Of a stretch of DNA of 57,058 nucleotides, positions 45,604-54,370 are shown one piece after another (positions within the stretch are counted from its first letter, which is position 1; every line of letters begins with the position of its first letter). The DNA comes from a virus (Duplodnaviria; Caudoviricetes), in the IMG/VR virus record IMGVR_UViG_3300033146_005660, positions 1 through 57,058 of that record. One strand, written 5' to 3'. The translations under genes were made by a program, and so were the position numbers. The notes under the pieces were generated by a model. The model saw only the letters and a list, made by a program, of their open reading frames with translations. It was not told the origin of the DNA and searched no databases.

Positions 45604-46928
45604 GCTCGACCTCCGATGATTTCAACCCAGTCCAGGTACGTGTACCTATTAGAGCTTCCGCCCGTTGTCTCCTGGTAGAAAGCGACCTCGAGTGAATTGG
45701 ACGGAATGTTCGTTGTGATCGTGGCGACGAGGGTGTCATCGATATAGAACTTCACCTGTCCGGATACGGCCTCAATCCTGTACGTGTGCCAGTTGGAGTC
45801 CGCGGAAACTCCCGTGTCTACCGTTGTATCTGTACCTCCGTCCTTGGCGATGGCCTGCCAGTTACCCGAGGCGCTTCGCGAGAGCATGACGTAGTCGTCG
45901 TTCGACCAATACGCAAGACCAAGCTCCGTGTAGGAGTTTGTCAAATCCGAGCACTTGACACGGGTCTCGAACTCGAAGCCCGAGGACACAGCCAACTGGC
46001 GTCTTCCGCCGAGGTAGAGATCGCAGGATCTTCCGTTAGAGGACCCGGAGCGTATGCGGAGCTGACCACCGATGTAGTTTCCGCTCGGTATGGCCACGGA
46101 GGACCCTGGGCCGCTCGTCGACGTTTTCCAGATGCGATTGTCTATCCGGTATCCCTCGAAGTCGTCCCATAGATAGAACTTGCTCTTGTCCCTTCGAACA
46201 TGGAGGTGAAACTGGTCAACGTCGTCATCCTGGTCACCATCCAGAAGGATATCCAGGTGGGCATCCGACCTCGATCCGCCCACCGTAAGCATCGAAGGGG
46301 AGTGTTTCTCGTTGCCATGGATGGCCGTACCGCCCGTGTCCGATCTCCAGACCCACGGTGCCGAGCTCGCATACTGAATCCATTGAACGCCATCCTCTTT
46401 GTTCGTTGTCGTTAACCCGTCCGCGGGGGAACTGAACGACCACGCCGATTCGTCGTATTCAGCGATCTCGCCATCGTGTCCAACGAAAACGCCAGTCGGA
46501 GTTCCGTAAACAAGAACGCGACAACCGCTATCAGGAGAGCTTGGCGGGCCGGCTTGCACGTGGTCCACAGGCTCGGCCCACGACTTGTTCGACGTCGCAG
46601 CATCGAGCTCTGACCTCTTGACGGGAGGGTCGCCCGGCTCGATAGAGGCCGTAGAGACCGCCGCACTCTCCGAAGGAGAAAGCTCTCCTGCATACATCCC
46701 GGGAGCACTAAAGATCTGTATTCTCCCGCTCTCCGTACTCGTCAGGTGTACCGTCAATGAGTTCAAAGGGTCCGACTTGTCCAGAACGATGCTCTCCACG
46801 TACTCATCGGCAACTTCTGAATCGACAATGACTTGGACGAAAACGCGCCTTCCCTGACTGTGAATCACGTTGACGATGTCGGAGTCAAAGAACTCATGGA
46901 CATACAAAAGGCCTGGTGCAAAAGCCAT
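45600..46928 (-). CDS. Tail fibre-like protein (DUF2793-like plus ConA/LamG-like domain)
   Basis: PPSSP..TG.F.GHDGEIAEY...W.F pattern; C-terminal WHTYRIE..VKFYIDD. Confidence 0.7.
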   Translation of the reverse strand: MAFAPGLLYVHEFFDSDIVNVIHSQGRRVFVQVIVDSEVADEYVESIVLDKSDPLNSLTVHLTSTESGRIQIFSAPGMYAGELSPSESAAVSTASIEPGDPPVKRSELDAATSNKSWAEPVDHVQAGPPSSPDSGCRVLVYGTPTGVFVGHDGEIAEYDESAWSFSSPADGLTTTNKEDGVQWIQYASSAPWVWRSDTGGTAIHGNEKHSPSMLTVGGSRSDAHLDILLDGDQDDDVDQFHLHVRRDKSKFYLWDDFEGYRIDNRIWKTSTSGPGSSVAIPSGNYIGGQLRIRSGSSNGRSCDLYLGGRRQLAVSSGFEFETRVKCSDLTNSYTELGLAYWSNDDYVMLSRSASGNWQAIAKDGGTDTTVDTGVSADSNWHTYRIEAVSGQVKFYIDDTLVATITTNIPSNSLEVAFYQETTGGSSNRYTYLDWVEIIGGRA

Positions 46929-49900
46929 TATGCGTGACCTCCCTGTGTCCACATAACACCAATAACTTCGAAGGATACGACAACCGGGTTAGCGTTGTCG
47001 GGTCCATCGTTGTCCATCTCTAAACGAAGCATCATCATGTCCCCCTCGTAGTAGTCGCTGACATCAAAAGGCCCAAAGGTGAGTTCCTGTAACTTCCCCA
47101 GAACCTGATCAACGTTGAGCTCCGAACTCGTCTGTGCCGCCTTCGCCGTTACAGCCTCCGTATTAGAGAGCGACCGCGCAACAGGCGTCTCTCCGCCAGA
47201 CGGGTCAGCCTCCAAAACACCGGACACCTCTACCGGAAGGAAGCTGCACAGCCAATCAATATCCTGTGCGGTCTTGTCGCCGTAGTACGTAAACTTAATG
47301 TACCAAGGACAGCTCGTGCACACCCCCCTGGGAAGGGAAAACTGAATATAGATCCCGTCACCATTCCCATCAAAACGGCTGTTCTTGACCTTATGTGACC
47401 ACCCATCAGGAGCTGTACCTGATCCCACATTGAAGCTCCCGTTGCTTACGCCGCCTGACTCACCAAACACATTTCCGGCCGCTACAACTGTTTGCGTAAA
47501 TCTGGCAACTCCATGGAGCTCCGTGTGCCCGTCAGACATGATCTCCAGTCTGCTGGGAGATATCTTAAACTGCTCAAATACCGGAGCAGTAGTTAGCGCC
47601 GTCTTGATACGCAGACGCAACCAATAACACTGCGAACCGGATATGGACTTCTTAGTCCACGAGAACACAGAAGGATCCTTGTTTATCCCAAAACGCAGGT
47701 GTTCGAGAGAATTAGCACGGAGGAAGATCTCATTCGCATACCTGTAGTGTTCTTCTACGCTAGTGGCGAACGATCCAATCTCGGTCCAATCCGTCCCATC
47801 CCAATACTCTACGGCAAAGCTATCGTGGGTGTGCCCAGCAGAGACCGCCGCTGCAGTAGTCTGCTTAACCATCAGACCAAACCACTTTAGTCTATCGGCC
47901 CCGTCTGTAAGTACTGAACCTATCAAGATGGAATAGCCTACGCCCGTTCCCTGAAACGTAAAAGTCGATCCTGATGCGCTAGCGGCATCATCCGTCACGC
48001 TGGTTATGTTTCCTCCATCGGCAGTAGAGGACGTGAAGCTATTCGTAGTGAATACCCGCATCCCACGCGTATAAGCATCGCCCTCCCCTAAAGAAGATCT
48101 CCTACCTAGCTCAGGTATTCCTACGTGGAGAGAAGTCTGTACCTCTAGCGCGGAGTTCTCCTCTTCCTCATCCTGCACAACTAAATTTATGTTAGACCAC
48201 CCCAGGGCGTACACTCGATCTTTACGAATCCTCCCGCCATTTATGACGATCTCAGAATTAGCGTCCATTTGTCGAATGTCGAAGGTAGAGGAATTACGGC
48301 ACTCTAAGGACGTGCCAGTTATCTTAGTCCCAGAGTCGTTAACCTGGACGCCGTACGTAACGCCGTCCAGGGTCACTCCCATGAAATAGATCTTTCCTCC
48401 GCTTTGTGCTTCCAGGCCATTGGAACAGTTGGCAGCACCTGAGTTGTGCAGCCACAACTCGCCGTTGTTGGAGTACGCAAAATGCAACGCATAGGATAGC
48501 ATGCCCGACGCATTCACCTTTCCGGTTCCCGCAGCATACAGGGCGTACGTTACCGTACTCTCCGCCTTACAGCTCTCCACGATCAAGTTACCCGAGCCAT
48601 ACATACAGGCAAAGGCCCTATTGACGTTTCTGGCCGTTACACCAGAAACATAGGCAGGACCTACAGACGTGTAGATCCCGCTCGTGTGAAGCGGACCGTC
48701 CACCGTAAGATCGCTCACCCTCGAGTTAGCCACGCACTGGATGTTGTACGTATTCCAGTCCCCAGAAGCCTGGATTACGACGGACTTCTCTTCCACACCC
48801 CTCAACTCAACGTACGACTTCATTACTATGGCGGACTCTACGTACACCCCGGGGTACACCAAGATCGTGTAAGGCTTAGACACCGTTGCGTCTGTTATTG
48901 ACGAGATGGCAGAAACGACGCTAGTGAAATCGGCGACCGTGACTACTTGCGCCGGGGCGCCCGGCGTTCCTCCAACAACGGTCGTTCCACTTCGTCTGAG
49001 AAATTGACCGTCGGAGATGGAACCGAGAGTGAGAAGAGTAGGACCAGAAGTCTCGCGAAGGCCTCTAACATCAGGATCAGGGTAGGTACCACCAAGCTGA
49101 CCAGCAGCAGATCCCGATGGCGGAAACGACGTTGGGAGTTGATGCGCATGGTCAGACCTTGACAGCGTGGACGCCGATCCCTCCTGGTTTGTTCCACCAG
49201 CAGCGAGGGTGATAGGCGCCGCCGTTGTAATATCGTGTTTATGGTCCGCCCTGGCGGCCTCAGACGCTGCTCCGACAGCCGCCGTGGCTTTTGTGACATC
49301 CTGTGGTGCAGAGCTCGTGAGCGGTGTATTTGTCGCGTTGTCGGCAATCCCGTCGAGCTTTGCTCCGTCAACAGAGAGATCGCGCCCATCGACAGTACCC
49401 GATGTGGCAATGTTTCCGGAGTCATCAATAGTGACCGAGGAATCTTGGACAACTTTTCCCGTGGTTCCATCGAACCGTACAACCGCGTTGTCCGTCGAAC
49501 TACCCGGACCCGTGACATCACCCGTCCCCGTTGGATACTGGTACCACGATGTCCCATCGTAGATCCAATGCGATCCGTCGTCCGTCTGAATCGCCTCGTC
49601 GCCCTCCTGCACTGTTAACGCAAGTCGCGCCGCGGCGTCGGCAACAACGTGCACTTCAGGGAGTGCCGATGCAGGTATCTGAGCCGTGGGAACCTTTCCA
49701 GACGCATCCAGGGAGGCCACGCCGTTGGCGGCTCCCTTTTCGGATGACTGGATCGCACCATCGATCTTGGCCTTGTCCGCTGCGCTCGCAAACCCGGCCG
49801 AGGATGTCGTAGCAACAGAGTGGAGAGAACCTCCAGACCTAGATCCGTGGGTAGAATCAGAGACTTCAGACGACGCGTCAAGTCCTGCATAACCGTTGGC

Positions 49901-50206
49901 AGCACCCTTCTCGGTGCGGAGTTGATATTGAGTGTGGTCGTCGTCTAACAGCCCCGAGAGGGTCCCATGATCTACGGACGAGGCATCGACACCAACGGAG
50001 TCCCATGCGGTGTTTCCGGTGTTCCTCTTGTAGAGGATCATGGTGTCCGTTCGAAGGAACAGCTCGTCGGCCTCTGGCGAGGCTGGAAACGATGTGCCAA
50101 ACGGAATGCTAAGAACACCCCCGTTGTCCCTATCGAAGTACCACGCCCCCGTTATGGTCTTGTCTGAGCTGTCCTCGACGTAAACTACGGACACACCTGA
50201 TGTCAT
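46928..50206 (-). CDS. Tail fibre/tailspike with a beta-helix-like domain, 1092 aa
   Basis: EKGAANG.A.LDAS twice, STDNAVVRFDGTTG, ILVYPGVYVE preceding pectin-lyase-like repeats. Confidence 0.75.
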   Translation of the reverse strand: MTSGVSVVYVEDSSDKTITGAWYFDRDNGGVLSIPFGTSFPASPEADELFLRTDTMILYKRNTGNTAWDSVGVDASSVDHGTLSGLLDDDHTQYQLRTEKGAANGYAGLDASSEVSDSTHGSRSGGSLHSVATTSSAGFASAADKAKIDGAIQSSEKGAANGVASLDASGKVPTAQIPASALPEVHVVADAAARLALTVQEGDEAIQTDDGSHWIYDGTSWYQYPTGTGDVTGPGSSTDNAVVRFDGTTGKVVQDSSVTIDDSGNIATSGTVDGRDLSVDGAKLDGIADNATNTPLTSSAPQDVTKATAAVGAASEAARADHKHDITTAAPITLAAGGTNQEGSASTLSRSDHAHQLPTSFPPSGSAAGQLGGTYPDPDVRGLRETSGPTLLTLGSISDGQFLRRSGTTVVGGTPGAPAQVVTVADFTSVVSAISSITDATVSKPYTILVYPGVYVESAIVMKSYVELRGVEEKSVVIQASGDWNTYNIQCVANSRVSDLTVDGPLHTSGIYTSVGPAYVSGVTARNVNRAFACMYGSGNLIVESCKAESTVTYALYAAGTGKVNASGMLSYALHFAYSNNGELWLHNSGAANCSNGLEAQSGGKIYFMGVTLDGVTYGVQVNDSGTKITGTSLECRNSSTFDIRQMDANSEIVINGGRIRKDRVYALGWSNINLVVQDEEEENSALEVQTSLHVGIPELGRRSSLGEGDAYTRGMRVFTTNSFTSSTADGGNITSVTDDAASASGSTFTFQGTGVGYSILIGSVLTDGADRLKWFGLMVKQTTAAAVSAGHTHDSFAVEYWDGTDWTEIGSFATSVEEHYRYANEIFLRANSLEHLRFGINKDPSVFSWTKKSISGSQCYWLRLRIKTALTTAPVFEQFKISPSRLEIMSDGHTELHGVARFTQTVVAAGNVFGESGGVSNGSFNVGSGTAPDGWSHKVKNSRFDGNGDGIYIQFSLPRGVCTSCPWYIKFTYYGDKTAQDIDWLCSFLPVEVSGVLEADPSGGETPVARSLSNTEAVTAKAAQTSSELNVDQVLGKLQELTFGPFDVSDYYEGDMMMLRLEMDNDGPDNANPVVVSFEVIGVMWTQGGHA

Positions 50207-50652
50207 GACTTCACCCTGGTAATCGACGACACTCGACGCGAACCACCGATATACGTGAATGTCTCTGTGAGCGTTTGAACAACAGACCCTGAAGCATCAT
50301 ACTGGCGGGTAACGGCCTGTGTAAGCCTTGAGCCGGTGTAGGTCATGGCTATCTCGCGGATCTTCAAAGTCTTAGAGGAATCCGTCCACGTCGTTACGTT
50401 GACGATGCGTCGACCAGACCGAGTGATCTCGTCGTAAGATGACTCGTTTATGTCGTGAACGAGAGTGTCAAGCGTTTCGTGCTCGGGTTCTGTGATTCCG
50501 CTCGAGCTTGCCGTGAGGCTGTGCACCGCACCGTTTATAAACACGACAAGATCGTTGTTGTGCTTCCGGACCTGACCCTCGTTCGAAGGATCTCCCGCTG
50601 TCTCGGGGTCTAAGAAGAGAAGATCTCGTACAGTCTCATCCCTGACACTCAT
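50203..50652 (-). CDS. Putative virion protein, 149 aa
   Basis: Coupled ORF. Confidence 0.7.
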   Translation of the reverse strand: MSVRDETVRDLLFLDPETAGDPSNEGQVRKHNNDLVVFINGAVHSLTASSSGITEPEHETLDTLVHDINESSYDEITRSGRRIVNVTTWTDSSKTLKIREIAMTYTGSRLTQAVTRQYDASGSVVQTLTETFTYIGGSRRVSSITRVKS

Positions 50653-51264
50653 CTATTTATTGCCGACCTTTCTTGTGCGCGCCTTTTTCTGGACGGCCTT
50701 CTTCTTGGCGGGTTTGGTCGCGGTCTTCGTTGACTTAGCTTCTTCCCGTCGTTCGGAGAGCGATCCATTTGCCATTCTTGCGGCCTCGGCAGCCGTTCTT
50801 GGAATGTCCTCGGGCTCATTGCCGGTCACCTCCGCGTCCTGGGTGCCGTGTTTGTTTTTGACCTTGTCGAGCATGGACATGACGGCCTGAATCTTTTTGG
50901 TCTCCTGATCGCGGACCTTCTTAACAATCTCCATGGCCTCTCTTAGGCCGTCAGACCTTCCGCTCTGAGTGATTGCCTTTTGTTGTTCCACGTCGCTCAA
51001 GTGTGACAGATACTCGCCGACCCGACCAAGGTACTTCTTGACCAGTCCGCGAACCTCCGTGGCCTCCATGCCATCCCGGAAAGATTCGTCATCGTCTGCC
51101 TTTGCTGCAAGGTCCGTCGGAACCTTCCTGGCAGCTTGCTTAAGCGCCGAGGATGCACCAGCAAGTTCGTGCGCCGTCCTCATCGAACCCTCAAGCCTGT
51201 CTTCGATAGAGGCCCCCAGGTTGTTGGCGATCAAATTCTTCATCTGTGATTTTTCGATGTTCAT
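50653..51264 (-). CDS. Hypothetical helical protein with a K-rich tail
   Basis: GGAG RBS before MNIEKSQM. Confidence 0.7.
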   Translation of the reverse strand: MNIEKSQMKNLIANNLGASIEDRLEGSMRTAHELAGASSALKQAARKVPTDLAAKADDDESFRDGMEATEVRGLVKKYLGRVGEYLSHLSDVEQQKAITQSGRSDGLREAMEIVKKVRDQETKKIQAVMSMLDKVKNKHGTQDAEVTGNEPEDIPRTAAEAARMANGSLSERREEAKSTKTATKPAKKKAVQKKARTRKVGNK

Positions 51265-51303
51265 TATTGCTCCCGAGTATGGTTGTTGAGCCCAGATCAT
51301 ATG

Positions 51304-51337
51304 AAAAAGCCCCGCCAACCTCAAGGACTGGCGGGGC
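51304..51337 (-). terminator. Intrinsic terminator
   Basis: GCCCCGCCA..TGGCGGGGC + T5 on the minus strand. Confidence 0.75.
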
Positions 51338-51372
51338 GGTATTAAACCGGAGAATCCCCGGTACTGCTATCG

Positions 51373-52992
51373 CTAGCTACCCCAGACAATCATGGTAAGC
51401 TGATCTGGGCGGAAGGCGTTTCCACGGAGGCGCATCTCAAACTTGAGCATGCCCTGCGAAGGCGTTGTCCCAGGATACACGTCCTCGTTCGCCGCAGCGT
51501 TCGCCCCGTTTCGAAGAAGCTCGCCGTTCAGGAACACATCCACATCGTCGACAAACGATCCGACACTCGAGTAGTCCGGGAGATCTACATCGAGGTTTCC
51601 AGAGGTCGTGGCGTCAACGTCAGTGTTCGGTGCAACGTTATTCTGTAACGTGGCCGCGCCCTTGGTTCTCGAAGAGTTCTTCTTCGCTTGGACGATGGCG
51701 TTCAAGAGGGAGACCTCACCAAACTCCGTCTCGAAATCGTCCCATTCCACTGTCGTTTCCGACAGCTTAATGGACGATGCTGCCCACGTGGACCCCGTTC
51801 GGTTGGTGTCGTCAAAGAGAACCTCTCCGCCGACCGAATCAACCTTCAAGTCCCCAGATCCACCTGTGGAGACCGTGAGGGCACCGCCACTGTCAATCTG
51901 GTTCGCTGTGACACCCACATTGATGGTCGTTCCCGCAGCGCCCGTGTCAATGCTCATGCCATTCAGGAAGTCGGACGTCACGGCGTCGACATCGAACTCG
52001 TCAACATCGTCCTCGACAGCAACCTTCGACGTTCCACCGGAAGAGCCCTCAATGACCCTGAACAGAATCGCCTCAAGGTCATCGCGAACCGACCACTCGA
52101 GGCCCGCACCCTCGAGATCGAGAGTTGCATTTGAGGTGAGATCAACGGCGGTTGTTCCCTGGTTGTCGTACGCGGTTTGGCGGTCGATAGTCCCAGAACC
52201 GCTACCAACGTCAACGACGGCACCACGGAGGAAGTCTGCCTCGTTGAGATCCTCGAGGCGAACACGCTCGCGCGAGGTGTAGTTGACGGTTTTCCCCTGG
52301 ATGTCCGCGGCGGGACACAGCTCGAGGTCGTCGAATGCAGAGTTCGGGCGCACGAAAGAGATCTGAACGCGGTTGGCCGTTGTCGCCGTTATGGTGCTGC
52401 CATCCGTGGAGCTCTCGGACTGAAAGAGACCCCAGATCTTTCGACCACTCGAAAGGATGGGATCGCCAGTGGAGGCGTCAACGATCTCCATGAGGTTCTT
52501 GGGGTTCAGCGCGTGAGGCCCGGAGACCTCGCTCATTGCGTGCGTTCCGAAGGTTCCACCGTGAGCCGCGAGGACTGTTCCAAGCGTTGTGACGGCGCCA
52601 ATGGCAGCCGTCGTCTGTGAAGGGAGCTCGCCAGCCCCGAGGATGACGAAGTTGTCTGTGGCGCCCACGGAGATGTCGGCTCCAACATTCGTGACGTCCC
52701 TGAGAATCCGCTTCTTCTCGACGGCATGAATCGCGGCGTTTACAGCGTCGATACCGCGCTGGGTTCCCGCTTCAAGGGTCGTGGGCGCCGTGAGGTCGTC
52801 ATACCAGTTCCCAGCCGGGAACGAGGCGCCGTTGCGATTCAGGAAGTTCTGAGCCTGGGACCTCAGGTGATTGAGGTTGTCCTCGATATTTGCAGGGTTC
52901 GTCTCGAAGTTCGCAAGATTTGGCTGCACGGTATCGTCATAGGTTTCCGATTCGCGGAGCTGTGTCTCTTGCCGTAAAAAGCTTCTGCCCAT
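51373..52992 (-). CDS. Acidic virion structural protein, 539 aa
   Basis: GGAG RBS; DVFLNGELLR motif; followed by a terminator. Confidence 0.75.
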   Translation of the reverse strand: MGRSFLRQETQLRESETYDDTVQPNLANFETNPANIEDNLNHLRSQAQNFLNRNGASFPAGNWYDDLTAPTTLEAGTQRGIDAVNAAIHAVEKKRILRDVTNVGADISVGATDNFVILGAGELPSQTTAAIGAVTTLGTVLAAHGGTFGTHAMSEVSGPHALNPKNLMEIVDASTGDPILSSGRKIWGLFQSESSTDGSTITATTANRVQISFVRPNSAFDDLELCPAADIQGKTVNYTSRERVRLEDLNEADFLRGAVVDVGSGSGTIDRQTAYDNQGTTAVDLTSNATLDLEGAGLEWSVRDDLEAILFRVIEGSSGGTSKVAVEDDVDEFDVDAVTSDFLNGMSIDTGAAGTTINVGVTANQIDSGGALTVSTGGSGDLKVDSVGGEVLFDDTNRTGSTWAASSIKLSETTVEWDDFETEFGEVSLLNAIVQAKKNSSRTKGAATLQNNVAPNTDVDATTSGNLDVDLPDYSSVGSFVDDVDVFLNGELLRNGANAAANEDVYPGTTPSQGMLKFEMRLRGNAFRPDQLTMIVWGS

Positions 52993-53007
52993 CTGTCCTT
53001 CTCCTTG

Positions 53008-53310
53008 CTAGGATGCGATCATGTAATCAGCAGTGATCCGCTCCCATGAGTTTGGTGCAACTGCAAGAACTACAGTATCAAATCCAGCACCAGGGCCGCC
53101 ACTTTCTAACACTGTGAAATCGTCTAATGCCCCCTCGTGGAGTCTCTGGCCGTTTGTGTGAACGCGGATCTTCATTCCGTTGTCGTTGATGAACTTAGCG
53201 AACGATGGAAGCTTGAAGATGGTATTTACGCCGTTTTTCTGTCCTACGAGCTCTACGTCCCATCGAAGCCTGAAAAGTCCTCCAGATGTGGCATGTGATT
53301 GTAGGCGCAT
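53008..53310 (-). CDS. Small virion protein
   Basis: G.KNGVN.IF, V..NGQRL..DDF pattern. Confidence 0.7.
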   Translation of the reverse strand: MRLQSHATSGGLFRLRWDVELVGQKNGVNTIFKLPSFAKFINDNGMKIRVHTNGQRLHEGALDDFTVLESGGPGAGFDTVVLAVAPNSWERITADYMIAS

Positions 53311-53342
53311 ATCCTATTTCCACCGACAGGCTTTCTGCCGGC

Positions 53343-53969
53343 CTACAGATCTGCAAAGTTTGCCGAGGGAGCATCTGGGATGACGATTTTCCTGTCATAG
53401 CCGAGTGAGGGGATCTGAAGTCTCGCGGTAAGCCCTCGGACAATGCTCATGGAGAATGCCCCGTTTTTGTCCGTGAACGTGTCGACGCGGTCCGTGGTTA
53501 CGCCGGGCTTTGATCCCGTGGTCAAGAGGGTATTCGGGATGATCGAGAGACGAACGGTGTCGTTGACGGCCGGCTGGCCATCGGCCTTGATAGCCGATCC
53601 GTAGAGAAGACACTCATCCAGGGAGCTCGCGGTCCTCATGGGTCCGAAGGCGATTGGGGTGAATTCTGATCGCGGCGTGGCCCCAGGGTTGGTCGTAAGC
53701 ACCTCGAATAGCTCGGACCCCGTTGTGTCCTCGGAATGATCGAATTCGTACCCGTAGAGCCCGGGAAGGTTAACGGAGTCCAGCTCGGCCATGGTTCCCG
53801 TTGCCGGGGTGGCCGTGAACCTGGAACCGGACGCAAGTGAGTCATCGTAGAAGGCACTGTCGGATACACGCCGAATGGTGATCGTTGGCGCTTGACCGGT
53901 AACCCCAACTCCCGCTTCGACGATCCTCATGTAAAGATTTGCCATGGATGCTATGGGGTACCTATCCAT
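53343..53969 (-). CDS. Two-domain virion protein
   Basis: Domains shared with 40811-41539 and 39946-40503. Confidence 0.7.
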   Translation of the reverse strand: MDRYPIASMANLYMRIVEAGVGVTGQAPTITIRRVSDSAFYDDSLASGSRFTATPATGTMAELDSVNLPGLYGYEFDHSEDTTGSELFEVLTTNPGATPRSEFTPIAFGPMRTASSLDECLLYGSAIKADGQPAVNDTVRLSIIPNTLLTTGSKPGVTTDRVDTFTDKNGAFSMSIVRGLTARLQIPSLGYDRKIVIPDAPSANFADL

Positions 53970-54366
53970 TCGGAATCACCTTCCTGTTCTCGAAGTCGAG
54001 AACGTAGGAACCATCCTGTACGTCACTCATCGAGACAATGGCCTCGACATGCTTGTCGAACTCCATCTTGAACGCATCCAGCAGGGACCTGGCCGACACG
54101 AGCTCCATGGTTGATTGCTCATGAACTCGACTATCCGATTCGGCGCTCACCGTGAGCTTGCCGATTTTTTCGAATATCCCTCTTGTGGGTTCTTCGTCGG
54201 TCATCGACTTGTCTATTTCTTTCATAAGCTGGAACTTCGTGCTCTTGGCAGAGGATTTGGCATGCTCCGAGATCATATAGAGCTCACCTATCCTCGACGT
54301 GAATGCGTCAACGGCATTTTTCGCGCTAGAGGCTCGTTCCCATGCTGTGTCGATATCGTCGGTCAT
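53962..54366 (-). CDS. Hypothetical protein, 134 aa
   Basis: Coupled ORF. Confidence 0.7.
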   Translation of the reverse strand: MTDDIDTAWERASSAKNAVDAFTSRIGELYMISEHAKSSAKSTKFQLMKEIDKSMTDEEPTRGIFEKIGKLTVSAESDSRVHEQSTMELVSARSLLDAFKMEFDKHVEAIVSMSDVQDGSYVLDFENRKVIPNG

Positions 54367-54370
54367 TGTG

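Noticed and set aside
51373-52992. Major capsid protein
   Set aside because: It has a good RBS and its own terminator, but no HK97-fold pattern was recognisable; it looks more like a fibre or decoration protein.
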